A program made the position numbers and the translations under genes. A DNA stretch of 34,886 bases. Origin: a virus (Duplodnaviria; Caudoviricetes). Shown here piece after piece: positions 34,621 through 34,886 of this stretch. Every line of letters begins with the position of its first letter. The first letter of the stretch is position 1. The DNA is taken from positions 1 to 34,886 of IMG/VR virus record IMGVR_UViG_3300037506_000400; one strand, given 5' to 3'. The notes beneath the pieces were generated by a model that had not been told where the DNA came from, searched no databases, and worked only from the letters and a program-made list of their open reading frames with translations.

Positions 34621-34856
34621 GCGGCACCTCGCGTCTCGCAGAGGCCCCACCGCATGCAGCCAGTGTCAGAGGCAGCGAAGATCTCGAGTTCGAACTGCTT
34701 CCCGCCACGGCTCGTTCGAGCCCACCGAACGGCGTCGTCGATGGGCATCATGGGGAAGATCCCGTCGGCGTTCTTGACGTTCATCTGGAACCAGGCCGGC
34801 GCGACGAAAGGACGCATCAGCCGGTCTCGTTTGGCCACCCAGCGCTCGTGCTTCAC
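34617..34856 (-). CDS. Hypothetical protein
   Basis: 79 aa, GTGA-coupled to the next gene. Confidence 0.55.
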   Translation of the reverse strand: MKHERWVAKRDRLMRPFVAPAWFQMNVKNADGIFPMMPIDDAVRWARTSRGGKQFELEIFAASDTGCMRWGLCETRGAA

Positions 34857-34886
34857 GGTCCCTGCCGCGGGCTCCGGGTCAGGCGA

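Overview
The whole window is part of a very GC-rich tailed phage or prophage genome of siphovirus type (HK97-like head, non-contractile tail). No host genes, integrase or att site are visible. It has two convergent arms that meet at 7633. The + arm (1-7632) holds a translationally coupled string of early/accessory genes (DUF6884-like, ASCH, MazG-like, Gp37/Gp68 (DUF5131), several Cys-rich proteins, an unlisted YodC-like ORF). It then has a separately promoted cassette (5596-7632): a sigma70 promoter with an overlapping palindrome, four small orphan genes and a terminal ribbon-helix-helix gene, which resembles an anti-CRISPR/anti-defence (acr-aca) operon. The - arm (34856 to 7634) runs through DNA modification and replication genes (XF1762/Mom-like, D12-class MTase, replication initiator with internal repeats), a diverged tandem duplication of [Rep C-terminus-RusA-small ORF-Dam], an HTH regulator, then terS, terL, portal, protease, major capsid, an initiator tRNA-Met, head-tail genes, two paralogous tail tube genes, frameshifted tail chaperones, tape measure, tail tip and a lysis cassette. 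A 22-bp motif sits in five intergenic gaps ahead of late modules and looks like a dedicated late promoter that often drives leaderless mRNAs. All product calls come from motif recognition by eye, not from database searches.
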